A stretch of DNA of 64,000 bases from Eledone cirrhosa (GCA_964016885.1 OZ024745.1:57350001-57414000); one strand, 5' to 3'. Positions 1-11,627 are shown, counted from the stretch's first letter. The notes: a model not told the origin generated them from the letters alone. Program-made: numbers and translations.

Positions 1-247
1 ATATATATGCATGCTACTGTACGTCTGTATACATATATGTATGTACGTATACATACATACTTACATTTAAGTAAGTGCCATACTAAGAGTGAGAAATGAA
101 ATTTCGTTTTCATTTTATTTCAACTCATCATTTTCGGTATGCCTGACCGATTTAACTCACTCAATCTGCAAATTAGGCTGCTCAGCCGTTAATTTTCATA
201 AGGAAAGTATATACTTTCGAACGTTCAACTATCTGGCAGATGGGTAT

Positions 248-290
248 ACGGTGCTGATGATAGCTAACAAGCTTGAAACTAGTACATCGT
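248..290 (+). ncRNA. Minimal type I hammerhead ribozyme (copy 1)
   Basis: ACGGTG-CTGATGA-T-AGCT-AACA-AGCT-T-GAAA-CTAG-TA-CATCGT. Stem I ACGGTG/CATCGT (6 bp, one GU), intact core CUGAUGA and GAAA, stem II AGCT/AGCT, palindromic CUAG stem III, predicted cleavage after GUA (284). Confidence 0.82.
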
Positions 291-444
291 TCCTGTGTCA
301 GTGTTGAACAAAAAGGTGACCTGGTTGCCTTAACACCGTATGGCATAAATTCAGGCTGTTCAGTTTGTTTACAAACGAACAAAGCGGCGTTATAATAAGC
401 GTCCGCTAAACTGATGCGTGCATATATGTATGTGTACCTGTATG

Positions 445-504
<60 letters not shown>

Positions 505-740
505 TGCTACTGTACGTCTGTATACATATATGTATGTACGTATACATACATACTTACATTTAAGTAAGTGCCATACTAAGAGTGAGAAATGAAATTTCAT
601 TTTCATTTTATTTCAACTTATCGTTTTCGGTATGCCTGACCGATTTAACTCACTCAATATGCAAATTAGGCTGCTCAGCCGTTAATTTTCATAAGGAAAG
701 TATATACTTTCGAACGTTCAACTATCTGGCAGATGGGTAT

Positions 741-783
741 ACGGTGCTGATGATAGCTAACAAGCTTGAAACTAGTACATCGT
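741..783 (+). ncRNA. Minimal type I hammerhead ribozyme (copy 2)
   Basis: Identical to 248-290, one repeat unit downstream. Predicted cleavage after 777. Confidence 0.82.
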
Positions 784-933
784 TCCTGTGTCAGTGTTGA
801 ACAAAAAGGTGACGTGGTTGCCTTAACTCCGTATGGCATAAATGCAGGCTGTTCAGTTTGTTTACAAACGAACAAAGTGGCGTTATAATAAGCGTCCGCT
901 AAACTGATGCGTGCATATATGTATGTGTACCTG

Positions 934-1009
<76 letters not shown>

Positions 1010-1536
1010 CATGCTACTGTACGTCTGTATACATATCTGTATGTACGTATTCATACATACTTACATTTAATATATCTTTAAATACCTTTAAATAGTCAAC
1101 GACACTGGTCAATCTACCCATACTGATGACTTTTGAAAAGATGTATAATTAAGAAAGAATTCAATTTCGAAATATTATGTAGATGACCCTTCCACATACT
1201 GTCAAACCGGAAGCGTAGTTTTCAGGTATATTCAGCGTGGTACAAAATGTGACAGGTTTGCTACTTCCAATTATCAGCAAAACTTATTTTTTGCGAACTC
1301 AACTGACTGGAACATTGTGAAGTCAATTTTATGGATGAAGGGCGCAACGCGCAGCCCGAAATCAAAATTACGACATTACGATTGGCATTCAAATATCCTA
1401 ACCACAAATCCACTCGCTTTCGCTAAAAATTGCATTAAAAATGAATTAATTTCCATGCATACCTGTATATTTATTTATCAGAAATTTAATTATATCAAAT
1501 TAATTCTGAAGGAAAATAAGTAACAAATGTAGGTAG

Positions 1537-1545
1537 GTGTGTGTG

Positions 1546-1641
<96 letters not shown>

Positions 1642-1700
1642 TGTATGTATGTGTGTGTGTGTATGTGTGTATGCACACGCACACATACATATATATATAT
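1537..1700. repeat. (TG)n/(TA)n compound microsatellite
   Basis: Direct reading. Confidence 0.95.
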
Positions 1701-2064
1701 TTATATATTTCCTTTTGTAAACTATCACAAATGTCCATAATAAGCGAGATGCACCTCTCTCTCTCTCCGTATATATATGTATATATATAAAGAGAGAAAA
1801 AGAGATAAAGAAAGAGAGGGGGGGGTAAAGAAAGAAGGAAAGAAAAAAGAAAGAAAGAAAGAAAGAAAGGAAGAAAGGAAGAAAGATAGGGAGATACATT
1901 TTTATTTATCTATATCCATTATAGTGCTGATATTGCTCTTTGATGCTACTCTGTGTGATATCGACTTAAGAATCTATACAAAAAAAAATTAATTTATCTT
2001 GCAATCCAACTGAACGGAAATGAAACAGACTATATTTTCTTATCAAATTCTCATATCAAATAAT

Positions 2065-2250
2065 TGTTTCTACTTCAGGCACAAGGCCAGCAATCAACCA
2101 GTGTATTACTGGTACTTTATTTTATCGACCCCGTAAGGATGAAAGGCAAAGTTAACCTCGGCGGGATTTGAACTCAGAATGGCAACGGCCGTAACTCTAT
2201 GCGCCAAACCATGGCATCCGACACTCTACCAATATTGCCAATCCAGCGCC
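2065..2250 (-). mobile_element. tRNA-derived SINE, full length, 18-bp TSD
   Basis: Minus strand has 5' GGCGCTGGATTGGCAATATTGGTAGAG (A box), GAGTTCAAATCCC (B box), GCCTTTCATCCTTACGGGGTCGATAAAATAAAGTACCAG (resembles the Meta-SINE central domain, from recall) and tail GTAGAAACA. TSD attctcatatcaaataat at 2047-2064 and 2254-2271. Confidence 0.9.
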
Positions 2251-2271
2251 TATATTCTCATATCAAATAAT

Positions 2272-2386
2272 TGTTTCTACTTTAGGCACAAGGCCAGCAA
2301 TTACCCAGTGCATTACTGGTACTTTATTTTATCGACCCCGTAAGGATGAAAGGCAAAGTCAACCTCGGCGGGATTTGAACTCAGAT
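2272..2386 (-). mobile_element. Same SINE family, 5'-truncated just upstream of the B box
   Basis: Matches the 3' two-thirds of the 2065-2250 copy. Confidence 0.88.
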
Positions 2387-2419
2387 TCCCCCTCTTTGTC
2401 ATTTTATTAAATCCATTTT

Positions 2420-2523
<104 letters not shown>

Positions 2524-2665
2524 ACCAAAGATTAATATGGTTCATTGATTATTCAATGAATACAGTTTTACAATAGAGTAAAAGCACTCAACAGTAAATA
2601 TTCTGGAGTTTTATTATTATTCAAAATATTAACAAATGAAGATATTTACATAATCAAAGTATATG

Positions 2666-2730
2666 CTTTATTATATATATTTCGAAGGTACTGTGTTGTT
2701 GTTTTTCCAGTACGTCCTCGTCAGATAAAA
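2666..2730 (-). ncRNA. Type I hammerhead ribozyme in inverted pseudo-LTR
   Basis: Minus strand TTTTAT-CTGACGA-GGACGTACTG..CAGTACCTTC-GAAA-TATATA-TA-ATAAAG. Stem II includes GTACTG/CAGTAC. Confidence 0.68.
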
Positions 2731-2904
2731 TATAGGATTTGATATATGACATACCTCTACGGTCATGATTTTCTCTATCCTGCTGTATACAAAACACAAA
2801 ACTGTGCAGCTAAAAACATCTGATTAAAACAGCGAATATTGGTCTTCATAGCATATACATCTCATATTAACTTAGTAAATACCAGTTATTTTGTAAGGGA
2901 CATT

Positions 2905-3364
2905 CAGAAGAAATGTAACTGTAGAAGGAAGTCAGAATGTCCCTTACCAAATAACTGCCTGAGCAAGAATCTAGTATATAAATGCACCATTAAGACAAAT
3001 AATAATATATACAACTACATTGGTGCGACTTCATCTGAGTTTAAACTTCATTGGTACAATCATAAAAATTCCTTTTCGAAACCAGGCAAAAAAATCTTTA
3101 ACTTCACTCTCACAATTAATATGGTCTTTGAAGGACAAGAATATTAAATACTCCATCTCTTGGACACGGCTAAAATATGCCAATTCCTATCGAAACGCTT
3201 CCATTTCACCAAATTGCAATCATTGCAAACTTGAGACTCGATTGATAGTTACAAATTATGACAATTTAATTAATAAGAAAAAAGAATTGTTTATCAGCTG
3301 TCAACATAGAGCCGGTAAAACATTCCAAGCATTATACCAGTTTCGAAAGAATATTGACAATTAA
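2905..3364 (+). pseudogene. Penelope-type GIY-YIG endonuclease domain, frameshifted
   Basis: CNCRRKSECPLPNNCLSKNLVYKCTIK..YNYIGATSSEFKLHWYNHKNSF, then in the second frame LSQLIWSLKDKNIKYSISW..CNHCKLE..LINKKKELFISCQHR. This is the Cys-rich linker plus VY..YIG motif typical of PLE endonucleases. Confidence 0.85.
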
Positions 3365-4460
3365 TAATGTTTATAATAATTTTTATAAATATATTTATAT
3401 TTTTAATTTTTGCCTTACCGGAGTAATAATGTATTGATGTTTTATCTATTATAATAATTTCATTACGAGCCTCTGTATCCTAAGTTTTTGATCAGGACAG
3501 TTCAATATTTAACTTGAAAATTATTGATTTATGGTTTAGAAATATCACTTAGATATATTGTTTAATGCACAAATATGGTGAATGAGTTATCTTCCTTTTG
3601 TTTACATTCTTCGTAAATATTTTTAATCTGTTTGAATAGCTTCCTATTTTAATTTTTGACATGGAAACTGTAATAATTTGTATTTACTGAAGTAAGTTAA
3701 CATTTTTGATAGTAAATTTAACTAAAAATGTTAATCCTCTAATTATATGATAACTAAAGATTAGAAAGATTTTATAAAGGTGTTATATGCATGTATTGTA
3801 ATATATGTTTTAATACAGGTTTAATAATTATTTAAATATGCTTTAAAGATATTTTTTTTACATTGTAACAAAATACTTAAGGAATATATTACCTAAACCA
3901 GAAATTAAAATCTGTAATGAGTTAAATTAAATTATATAACTGTTTAATTGAATATGTGAAGGCTATGAAAAGTAATGTATTTGATTAATTTTGATATATT
4001 ATAATTAGTATAATTAGCTTACCCATAACCAAATACTAGAGATATGGTAACTGATTGTCTATGGTAACTGATTGGTTGACTCAATTGACCTAATATTTGA
4101 AAACAACGGTTTTTTCTACGCTCTTGCCATTATTCTTTTTTCTTTCTTCTTTTTCTCCCTGTTTATATATATTTCTTCATCCTTTTCACCCATCTATATA
4201 TTCATTGATATATGTATTTTTTATTTTTTCTCGTTCTTTTTCTTATATATATATATATCTATATATATATATATATTTGCATATCCTCTTCTTTACACAC
4301 TCTCTTATATCTCTAATTCGCTCCACGTCCTTTTCTTCTTTAAGTTTATCATATTGTTATTTGTGGTATATAAATGTTGAGATTTCACGAAATAAATCAC
4401 TGCCAATACTGGAATTGAAATATCAAGACCGTAGAGGTATGTTATATATCAAATCATATA

Positions 4461-4525
4461 TTTTATCTGACGAGGACGTACTGGAAAAAGAACAACACAG
4501 TCCCTTCGAAATATATATAATAAGG
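4461..4525 (+). ncRNA. Type I hammerhead ribozyme in 3' pseudo-LTR
   Basis: TTTTAT-CTGACGA-G..stem II..C-GAAA-T(ATAT)A-TA-ATAAGG. Stem I TTTTAT/ATAAGG, palindromic loop 3, cleavage triplet AUA (after 4519). Confidence 0.65.
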
Positions 4526-4589
4526 CATATACTTTGATTATGTGAATATCTTCATTTCTTAGTATTTTGAATAATATATATATATTTCG

Positions 4590-4681
<92 letters not shown>

Positions 4682-4683
<2 letters not shown>

Positions 4684-4831
4684 CGAAGGAAATGTGGTAA
4701 GGAACCAGATGGACCATAACGCACCAAAGTACTCAATACTTAGGGTAGTAGAGTGGGTAATAGGAACGAATAGGACCCCGACGGCTGAGCTCAAGCCGTT
4801 TCGACGGCTAATTCTTGACTAATTCTGAGTC
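4682..4831 (-). mobile_element. Short dispersed repeat carrying the 3' half of a hammerhead (probable PLE pseudo-LTR fragment), embedded in microsatellites
   Basis: Shares ~130 bp with 40335-40461. Minus strand reads CGAAAC-GGCT-TGAGCTCA-GCCG-TC-GGGG, and the CUGANGA half is absent. Confidence 0.55.
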
Positions 4832-5938
4832 ATATATATATATATATATATATACATATATGTATGTCTGTGTGTGTATATATATATATATATATACATA
4901 TATAAACACACAGACATACACACACACGCATATATACATATATATATGTATATATATATTTATATATATATATATATACACATGCAGACATATATATATA
5001 TATAAGAATGTATGTAGGTATATACGTGTGAGTATGTGTGTGTGTATATGTGTGTGCGCGCGCGCACAACTTGTTGAATATATTTAAAATAAATAAAATA
5101 GCAAAAACGTACATTTCCATTTTTAGAGAAATTCTATTGCTTCAGATATGCTAATTACATTTTATAAAATCATATATTACAATATACGAAGGACAATGTT
5201 CCTAATTTCCTGAGTAACTTTCAGATTTCGACCAATTTATCTCTCTGCAATATTATCAAGTAAATCTTCACCAGATCACGCTGAGAGATCTTAAAATTTT
5301 CATAAATTATTACTGAATTCAAACCTATCGTCACGTGCTGAATGGTCACGTGCAGAATGACTTTTAGCACAACTAAACAACTCATATTCGAATTATTGGA
5401 AACATGCACAGACATTTTTTGGCGATCCCCATGCTTTCCTGACAAACGAAAGCTCCACAAATCAGATTTTAAAGTTTTAGAACACACAAGCTTAAATTAG
5501 ATAGCCCTAATGAACTCTAAATGAATAGATGGTTACTGGTTGGGTACCGTTCATATCATGTCTCATGATTTGGATTTACCAGAGCACAGGAACAACAAAA
5601 GCAAAATAACATTCACTAATTAATTATAGGAGCAAATGGAAGTCACCTTATTTCCATCCAGTTATCATTGATGTTATGAATATATGTCCATGATCTAGCC
5701 AACACATTTTACTCACAATTTTTCTCAGTACATATTTCATAACTACATTACAGGTCTGAGAAAGATATGACGAGGCGAGTAGAAACCGCATATAAACTGC
5801 CTAGTTGTCGCGTGTTCGAGAACCTAACTGCTGACTGGCGCGAATAAGACCTTCCAAGGGACAATATGGTGAGAGATACGAAGATGAACCATGCCACATC
5901 GTCCTTCACGTGGGTTAACAAGGGACGTGTTCAGGCCT

Positions 5939-6057
5939 GAAGAAGAAGAAGAAGAAGAAGAAGAAGAAGAAGAAGAAGAAGAAGAAGAAGAAGAAGAAGA
6001 AGAAGAAGAAGAAGAAGAAGAAGAAGAAGAAGAAGAAGAAGAAGAAGAAGAAGAAGA
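5939..6057 (+). repeat. (GAA)n trinucleotide tract (~40 units), possibly the expanded tail of an RTE-like fragment
   Basis: Direct reading. It generates the poly-E and poly-S ORFs. Confidence 0.95.
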
Positions 6058-6304
6058 CATTTCATTGGTTAACAGCATAATATCTTCAGAATGTTTGTAG
6101 ATGGCATCAAAAGAGCGAATTGTGATTATTGATACTGTTCTTTATAAATCATAGTTCTTCCTAAGTTTATACTTGTTTTATGATTGCACTTATAAACATT
6201 TCATGAGCGAATTCAAAACGTGATGCGCTGCTCTTCTCTCCAATATTAAAGCTATTAGTGGGAAAAAAAGTTAGTCTTAAATCAATACCGACCGGCCGCC
6301 TGTT

Positions 6305-6410
6305 GTGAAAGAATTATCGAAAGAAAGCGAAAAGAACTTATTTGTCGATTCCAATGACAAAAACAAATGTTTGATTCCATCAACAGGATATTAATGTCCA
6401 AATTACTAAG
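6305..6410 (+). pseudogene. Very decayed non-LTR (RTE-like) RT fragment
   Basis: Translates ERIIERKRKELICRFQ*QKQMFDSINRILMSKLL, resembling the D.xKAFDS.xR motif. Confidence 0.35.
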
Positions 6411-7620
6411 AATGAATAGACAGCAGGTGATATCAACACCAGTGATGTAAAGAATACCATGAAAAAAGACGGCGAATCGTTAAATGCAAATACAAAATCA
6501 ATAGGGAAAGCGTAGTAGAAAAGAAAATAAAGAAGGCAACGTTTTATGTTTTAATTCACCTTTTAATATTTGATACACACGAAGATAATCATATAAATAA
6601 ATAAATACACTTTCAGCTGAATTCAAGCACAAACGTTCACGTGTACCTTCATACACAACCATCTGTTGATGCTTATATTAACAGATGTAAGCAACAATAT
6701 ATGTTGCAATTCGGTTTTTGGGAGGCGCGTTATGTTGTTTTGATTCTCTATTTCCTTAGCCACGCTCTCATTAAGATTTACACATCGACAAAATATCAAA
6801 CTTTGGGAATCCCAAATATGCTATTCCTAATATGTACTTTGAGATGGATGGTATGTTATTGACGGCTATATCTCGCTCTGCATCGTTTTGAAATTTACAA
6901 TATATAACGGACAAGATTTTGCAATTTGGATATAATCATTAAATTAATTATTGGTCTATTCATTGAATCCAAATTGCATTGTCATTTAGTGTACATCATG
7001 AACGCTTTATCTAACTTTGGGAAGGCTATAATTTACACTAAATTCTCCGAGCAAGGTGACATAAATTTCTAATTGAATATTCATGTTTCATTATTATAGA
7101 CTAGATCCTCTAATTACTGAACGATGAACCTGATTTAATGTTTTGTTTGTTAGCAAAAAAGTGAAAGGAAAATACCTATTAATTCTGGACAGGAATTTAA
7201 GGGATACTTTTCAGAGTAGAGTCCGAACCTACGTTGTGTTTGAAGTTTGAATGCTACTAAATTCCGAAAATACGGAGCTTTAGGCAATTAAGCGAATGAT
7301 GTATTACGCTTCTAAGGCCATAAATCCTACAGCCTATCGAGTCGCCTATTAGATAGTTGCACTCACAATAAATGATACTATGCTGTGGAATGCTTAATAA
7401 AAGATGTGCATGACTCGATTTATAGTTAAATCACGCAAAAAGATGACAACTTCACTAAATAGTGTGTTTTGCTGCCACACATTAGTGCATTATCGTGGTA
7501 AAATAAATCGCATATTTATAGTTCGAATTCAAAACTTAGACACATTAAACAAAATAATTTTGGTTCATAATTTAAAATCTGATGATAAATTTAAGATGAA
7601 TGTAGAGAAAATGGCATTGA

Positions 7621-8060
7621 TTTCTTCTTCTTCAGCGGGCAGATTCCTCAAACATTACTTTCAGCGGGTCCACTCAGAAGCAACCGTTCCCAACAGATTC
7701 GGCTGCTCCCCTAGCGAGATCTGCCATGCTCATGGATGTTATCCGACCATCTTGATCGGAGTCTACCACTGGGTCACCTACTGGTTGACCGTAATATCTC
7801 TCCAGCGATTCTTTCCTGAGACATTCTAACCACATATCAAAATATCAGAGCTGTGATTTCTCAATTCGGAAAAGTAGTGGCTCTGCCTGGAGTGACACTC
7901 TGATCTCCAAGCTACGCACACTATAGAGTAATGTTTATTCAAAGCTCTATGATATGTTTCCAAAGCTAACATTTTTTCTCGAGCTTCTCCAATAATTCTA
8001 GCTATGGCATCTACCTCGATGGCATACATAACATCTCATAGCCAACTTTTCTTAAATTCC
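7621..8060 (-). mobile_element. Decayed RTE-like LINE 3' end with short (GAA)n tail
   Basis: Minus-strand peptides YAIEVDAIARIIGEAREKMLALETY and KNRWRDITVNQ* resemble the RTE C-terminus. It ends in gaagaagaagaa. Confidence 0.4.
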
Positions 8061-8082
8061 TTTATGTATGGGATGTCATAAT

Positions 8083-8267
8083 TGTTTCTACTTTAGGCAC
8101 AAGGCCAGCATTTACCCAGGGTATTACTGGTACTTTATTTTATTGACCCCGTAAGGATGAAAGGCTAAGTCAACCTCGGCGGGATTTGAACTCAGATCGT
8201 AAAAGGACGTAACTATGCTAGAAAGCATGGCGTCCGCCCCTCTACCGATACTGCCAATCCTCCGCCC
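8083..8267 (-). mobile_element. tRNA-derived SINE, full length, 18-bp TSD
   Basis: Same family as 2065-2250. TSD tgtatgggatgtcataat at 8065-8082 and 8268-8285. Confidence 0.92.
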
Positions 8268-8898
8268 TGTATGGGATGTCATAATGAACAGTGGTGTGCT
8301 GGGGACTGTGCAATTATGAACATATTACTGCGCACTTAATTCCTCACTAAATTCATTACCTAATCTTCCCTCACTGTTCATAGCTTGTACTGTTTTTATT
8401 GGCTATTCGTCTAAAAATAGTTTCCTTAAGATGATATATTTCGTCACAAATATACGTGTTCGGACGCCAAGGGGAGTGTCCGTATATATATATATGTGTA
8501 TGTGTGTGTGTATGTGTGAATCTTGTGATACTGCAACTACCCCTAGATATACTAGATAAATCTCTACGTGTGTATTTCTGTTTAAATGTATATAACTATG
8601 TGTGTAAGTTTGTATATGCAAAGATGTGTTTATTTTTGACAGCATATATTTAAAGTTGGCAGTACAGTAATGAACATTTTCATTTAAAAACGTCATTGAT
8701 TCATATACAAATTCATTAACACTTCAATTAAAACATGTATTGAGGGACAATACGTTCCATACTCTCAATCAATACCGAAAGCCTATATGTAAATAAGCAC
8801 TTAAAGATTAATTACACACAAATTATTGATAAAAATATCTGCAGTCTTGACTGGAATTTTACAGTGATACGTTTTCTAATGTTTAGATTATTATTGTA

Positions 8899-9497
8899 CT
8901 AGCAGAAAAAACACCCTTCGGGTGGTTTTCTGCTAGAATTTGTGGTGTGTATATTGATATTATACGCAGGTATATATACATGTAGATATGATAAATCAAA
9001 TAAAATCGTAATTGACAATATATATAATACATAGAAATTGAACGAAGACTACGTTACACGTTCTTATGTAATCAGTAACGTAATCCATGATACATTAAAA
9101 AAGACGATATTATAAACTGCATTAGGAGAAAATTAGTGACAGAAAATTAGTGTTTATTTAAGCGATGGCCAACCGGAAGTGTTGACATTTCAGACATTTT
9201 AAAGAAGTGAATCTTTAAATAAACAAAATATATTTAATCAACAGCCACGAAATTAAGTAGATAAATTATGTAATATTCATTCATTATTTATTCAAATCCC
9301 GCCGAGGTTAACTTTGCCTTTCATCCTTACGCGGTCGATAAAATAAAGTACCAGTAATGTACTGGGTAATTGCTGACCATGTGCCAAAAGTAGAAACAAT
9401 TATTTATTCAAAGTAATCCAACTTATTTTACTAATGGGATAAGAAAAAATAAACCGTACGCAATCCCGCAGACCTCCTTTATTATATATAGTTTAGA
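8899..9497 (-). mobile_element. Non-autonomous Helitron (~600 bp, containing a SINE)
   Basis: Minus strand starts A|TCTAAACTATATATAATAAAGG and ends with hairpin + CTAG|T (plus strand a-ctagcagaaaaaacacccttcgggtggttttctgctag). It has an AT target and no TSD. Its 5' ~300 bp is shared with 10390-10587. Confidence 0.7.
9291..9398 (+). mobile_element. 5'-truncated SINE, 14-bp TSD
   Basis: TSD attatttattcaaa at 9283-9296 and 9399-9412. The paralogous empty site is at 10492-10505. Confidence 0.9.
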
Positions 9498-9639
9498 TTA
9501 TATTTGTTAGTGTTTTCCTTCTGTAACCATTAGATTAAATGAGTTTTTAGAAAAAAATAGTTAATAAATAAATAAGGAGTTAATAAATACGTTATACTTG
9601 TTTTACCCTCCCATTTCCTATTAAACCGAACGCTATCAT

Positions 9640-10185
9640 GACTGCATATGTGTGTTTGTGTAAATGTATATGTATGAATGTATGTATGTTTGTGTAAATG
9701 TATATGTGTGAATGTATGTATATTTGTGTGAAAGTATGTGTAAATGTATATATATTTGTGTGAAAGTATGTGTGAATGTATGTATGTTTGTGTGAAAGTA
9801 TGTGTGAATGTATGTATATTTGTGTGAAAGTATGTGTAAATGTATATATATTTGTGTGAAAGTATGTGTGAATGTATGTATGTTTGTGTGAAAGTATGTG
9901 TGAATGTATGTATATTTGTGTGAAAGTATGTGTGAATGTATATATATTTGTGTGAAAGTATGTGTGAATGTATGTATATTTGTGTGAAAGTATACCCTCC
10001 CATCTCCAATTAAACCAAACGCTATCATGACTGTATGTGTGTGTTTATGTAAATGTATATGTGTGAATGTATGTATGTTTGTATGGAAGTATGTGTGAAT
10101 GTATGTATATTTGTGTGAAAGTATGTATGGTTGTGTGAAAGTATGTGTGAATGTATGTATATGTGTGTGAAAGTAGTGTGAATTA
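9640..10185. repeat. ~32-bp minisatellite (TGTGTGAAAGTATGTGTGAATGTATGTATATT)
   Basis: Direct reading. Two blocks, each preceded by a duplicated taccctcccat..aacgctatcatgactg segment (~9604 and ~9993). Confidence 0.92.
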
Positions 10186-10389
10186 TGTCCGTGAGAGCGT
10201 ATTTTTATAAGTTTGTGTTTGCGCGATTATAGTTATATACTCATAATAGTTATATACTCATACATATAGATGTATGTGCACAATCATACGCGCCAGGTGT
10301 AGAAAATCATAATCTCTCAATCTCTCTCCTCACAAACTCTCTCTTTCTATATATATGGTAGTTGAAGTGGTGGTGGTGGCGACAATATA

Positions 10390-10587
10390 TCGGAAGTGCA
10401 ACTTTGAAAAGAAGTCAATTTGAAATTATTTATTTTTACAAAATTATTTTTGTTTACGAAATTTAATAGATAAATTATGTAATATTCATTCATTATTTAT
10501 TCAAAGTAATCCAACTTATTTTACAAACGGGTTAAAAATAAATAAACTGTACGCAATCCCGCAGACCTTCCTTTATTATACTTTAGA
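10390..10587 (-). mobile_element. 5' end of a second related non-autonomous Helitron (probably extends left over the minisatellite)
   Basis: Homologous to ~9173-9497 without the SINE. Terminus A|TCTAAAGTATAATAAAGG. No CTAG 3' end found. Confidence 0.55.
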
Positions 10588-10905
10588 TTGAAATTTAAGC
10601 GTAAACATTTTTGTTTCATGCATTATAGATGCAGAAGTGCTATTACATTGCGTCCCAATATCCTACCTACAGCATTATCTTGATTGATATTATTCATTAG
10701 TAGCATGACATTAGGAAGTGTTAACATAAAATAGGAATGAATGAGGAAAATATATTCAAATTTTCATTTACACTTCTACAAAGCCAAATCGAATGTAACC
10801 AGTAATTAAATGCATTAACAAACCGATCTATACATTAAATGCATAATTGAAGTTTAAAATATTATTTTCATAACTTCATCATCAATCGAAAATAATCTAA
10901 ATAAT

Positions 10906-11089
10906 TGTTTCTACTTTAGGCACAAGGCCAGCAATTACCAGTGCATTACTGGTACTTTATTTTATCGACCCCGTAAGGATGAAAGGCAAAGTCAACCTCG
11001 GCGGGATTTGAACTCAGATGGTAAAGGGACGTAACTATGCTGGAAAGCATGGCGTCCGACCCTCTACCGATACTGCCAATCCACCGCCC
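10906..11089 (-). mobile_element. tRNA-derived SINE, full length, 13-bp TSD
   Basis: TSD taatctaaataat at 10893-10905 and 11095-11107. A box TGGCAGTATCGG, B box GAGTTCAAATCC. Confidence 0.92.
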
Positions 11090-11536
11090 CTTAGTAATCT
11101 AAATAATAGGGCATATATGTTCACTTAATGGGAACCCCACAGGTGCTAATGTTTCTAAGTAAACATTCATACATACTATTGATGAAGCTTCTAATTTATA
11201 TATATATATGATGGCTGCAACTCGGTTTCGAGGAATGCCATCGCTTGATGCTCAAGCATGAGCACCACGGACGTGGCTTTTTAGTTCAGCTACTTGCTTA
11301 TGGCCAGGATACCATGCATCGCAAAATATGTCATATATCAAACGACGCCTGTGTTTAAAGCATTTTTGAAGTAAGGAAAGGCTTTTCACGGGGCTATTCC
11401 CAGTCTCTGAACTTCCAAAACGTAGAAATGGTCAACATCATTTGATGCAAACGAGGTCACAGGTTTTATATCAGAGTGACCTTCTTTTAGAGAGATATCT
11501 TAATGAAGACTAGGAGTCTCTCGCTCAAAAGAAACA

Positions 11537-11627
<91 letters not shown>

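Larger units (their letters stand above)
1..1070 (+). repeat. ~493-bp tandem repeat (two full units plus start of a third, open at window edge), each unit with a (TA)n tract and a hammerhead motif
   Basis: Near-identical blocks offset by 493 bp (e.g. gtgagaaatgaaatt at 89 and 582). The third unit start gcatgctactgtacg at ~1008 diverges at ~1070. Confidence 0.93.
2524..4576 (+). mobile_element. Penelope-like element relic: inverted 5' pseudo-LTR, GIY-YIG 3' coding end, AT-rich 3' region, pseudo-LTR with hammerhead; between (TA)n tracts
   Basis: ~2612-2770 is the reverse complement of ~4419-4576. GIY-YIG coding remnant lies between them, and both arms carry a hammerhead core. Confidence 0.78.

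Noticed and set aside
89-875. Duplicated 72-aa and 66-121-aa ORFs
   Set aside because: No recognisable domain, non-ATG starts, and they simply mirror the tandem repeat unit.
1122-1142. CTGATGA..GAAA hammerhead-like string
   Set aside because: No stem II between the core segments and no stem I/III pairing or NUH site.
1490-1992. YI/HT/CV-repeat ORFs here and at other microsatellites; poly-E/poly-S ORFs at 5824-6100
   Set aside because: Translations of (TA)n, (CA)n and (GAA)n tracts.
5330-5355. Two tandem GTCACGTGC E-box motifs
   Set aside because: No associated gene or promoter evidence in the window.
10906-11089. tRNA gene (A and B boxes present)
   Set aside because: No cloverleaf or acceptor stem. 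It is followed by a conserved SINE body, flanked by TSDs and present in seven copies.
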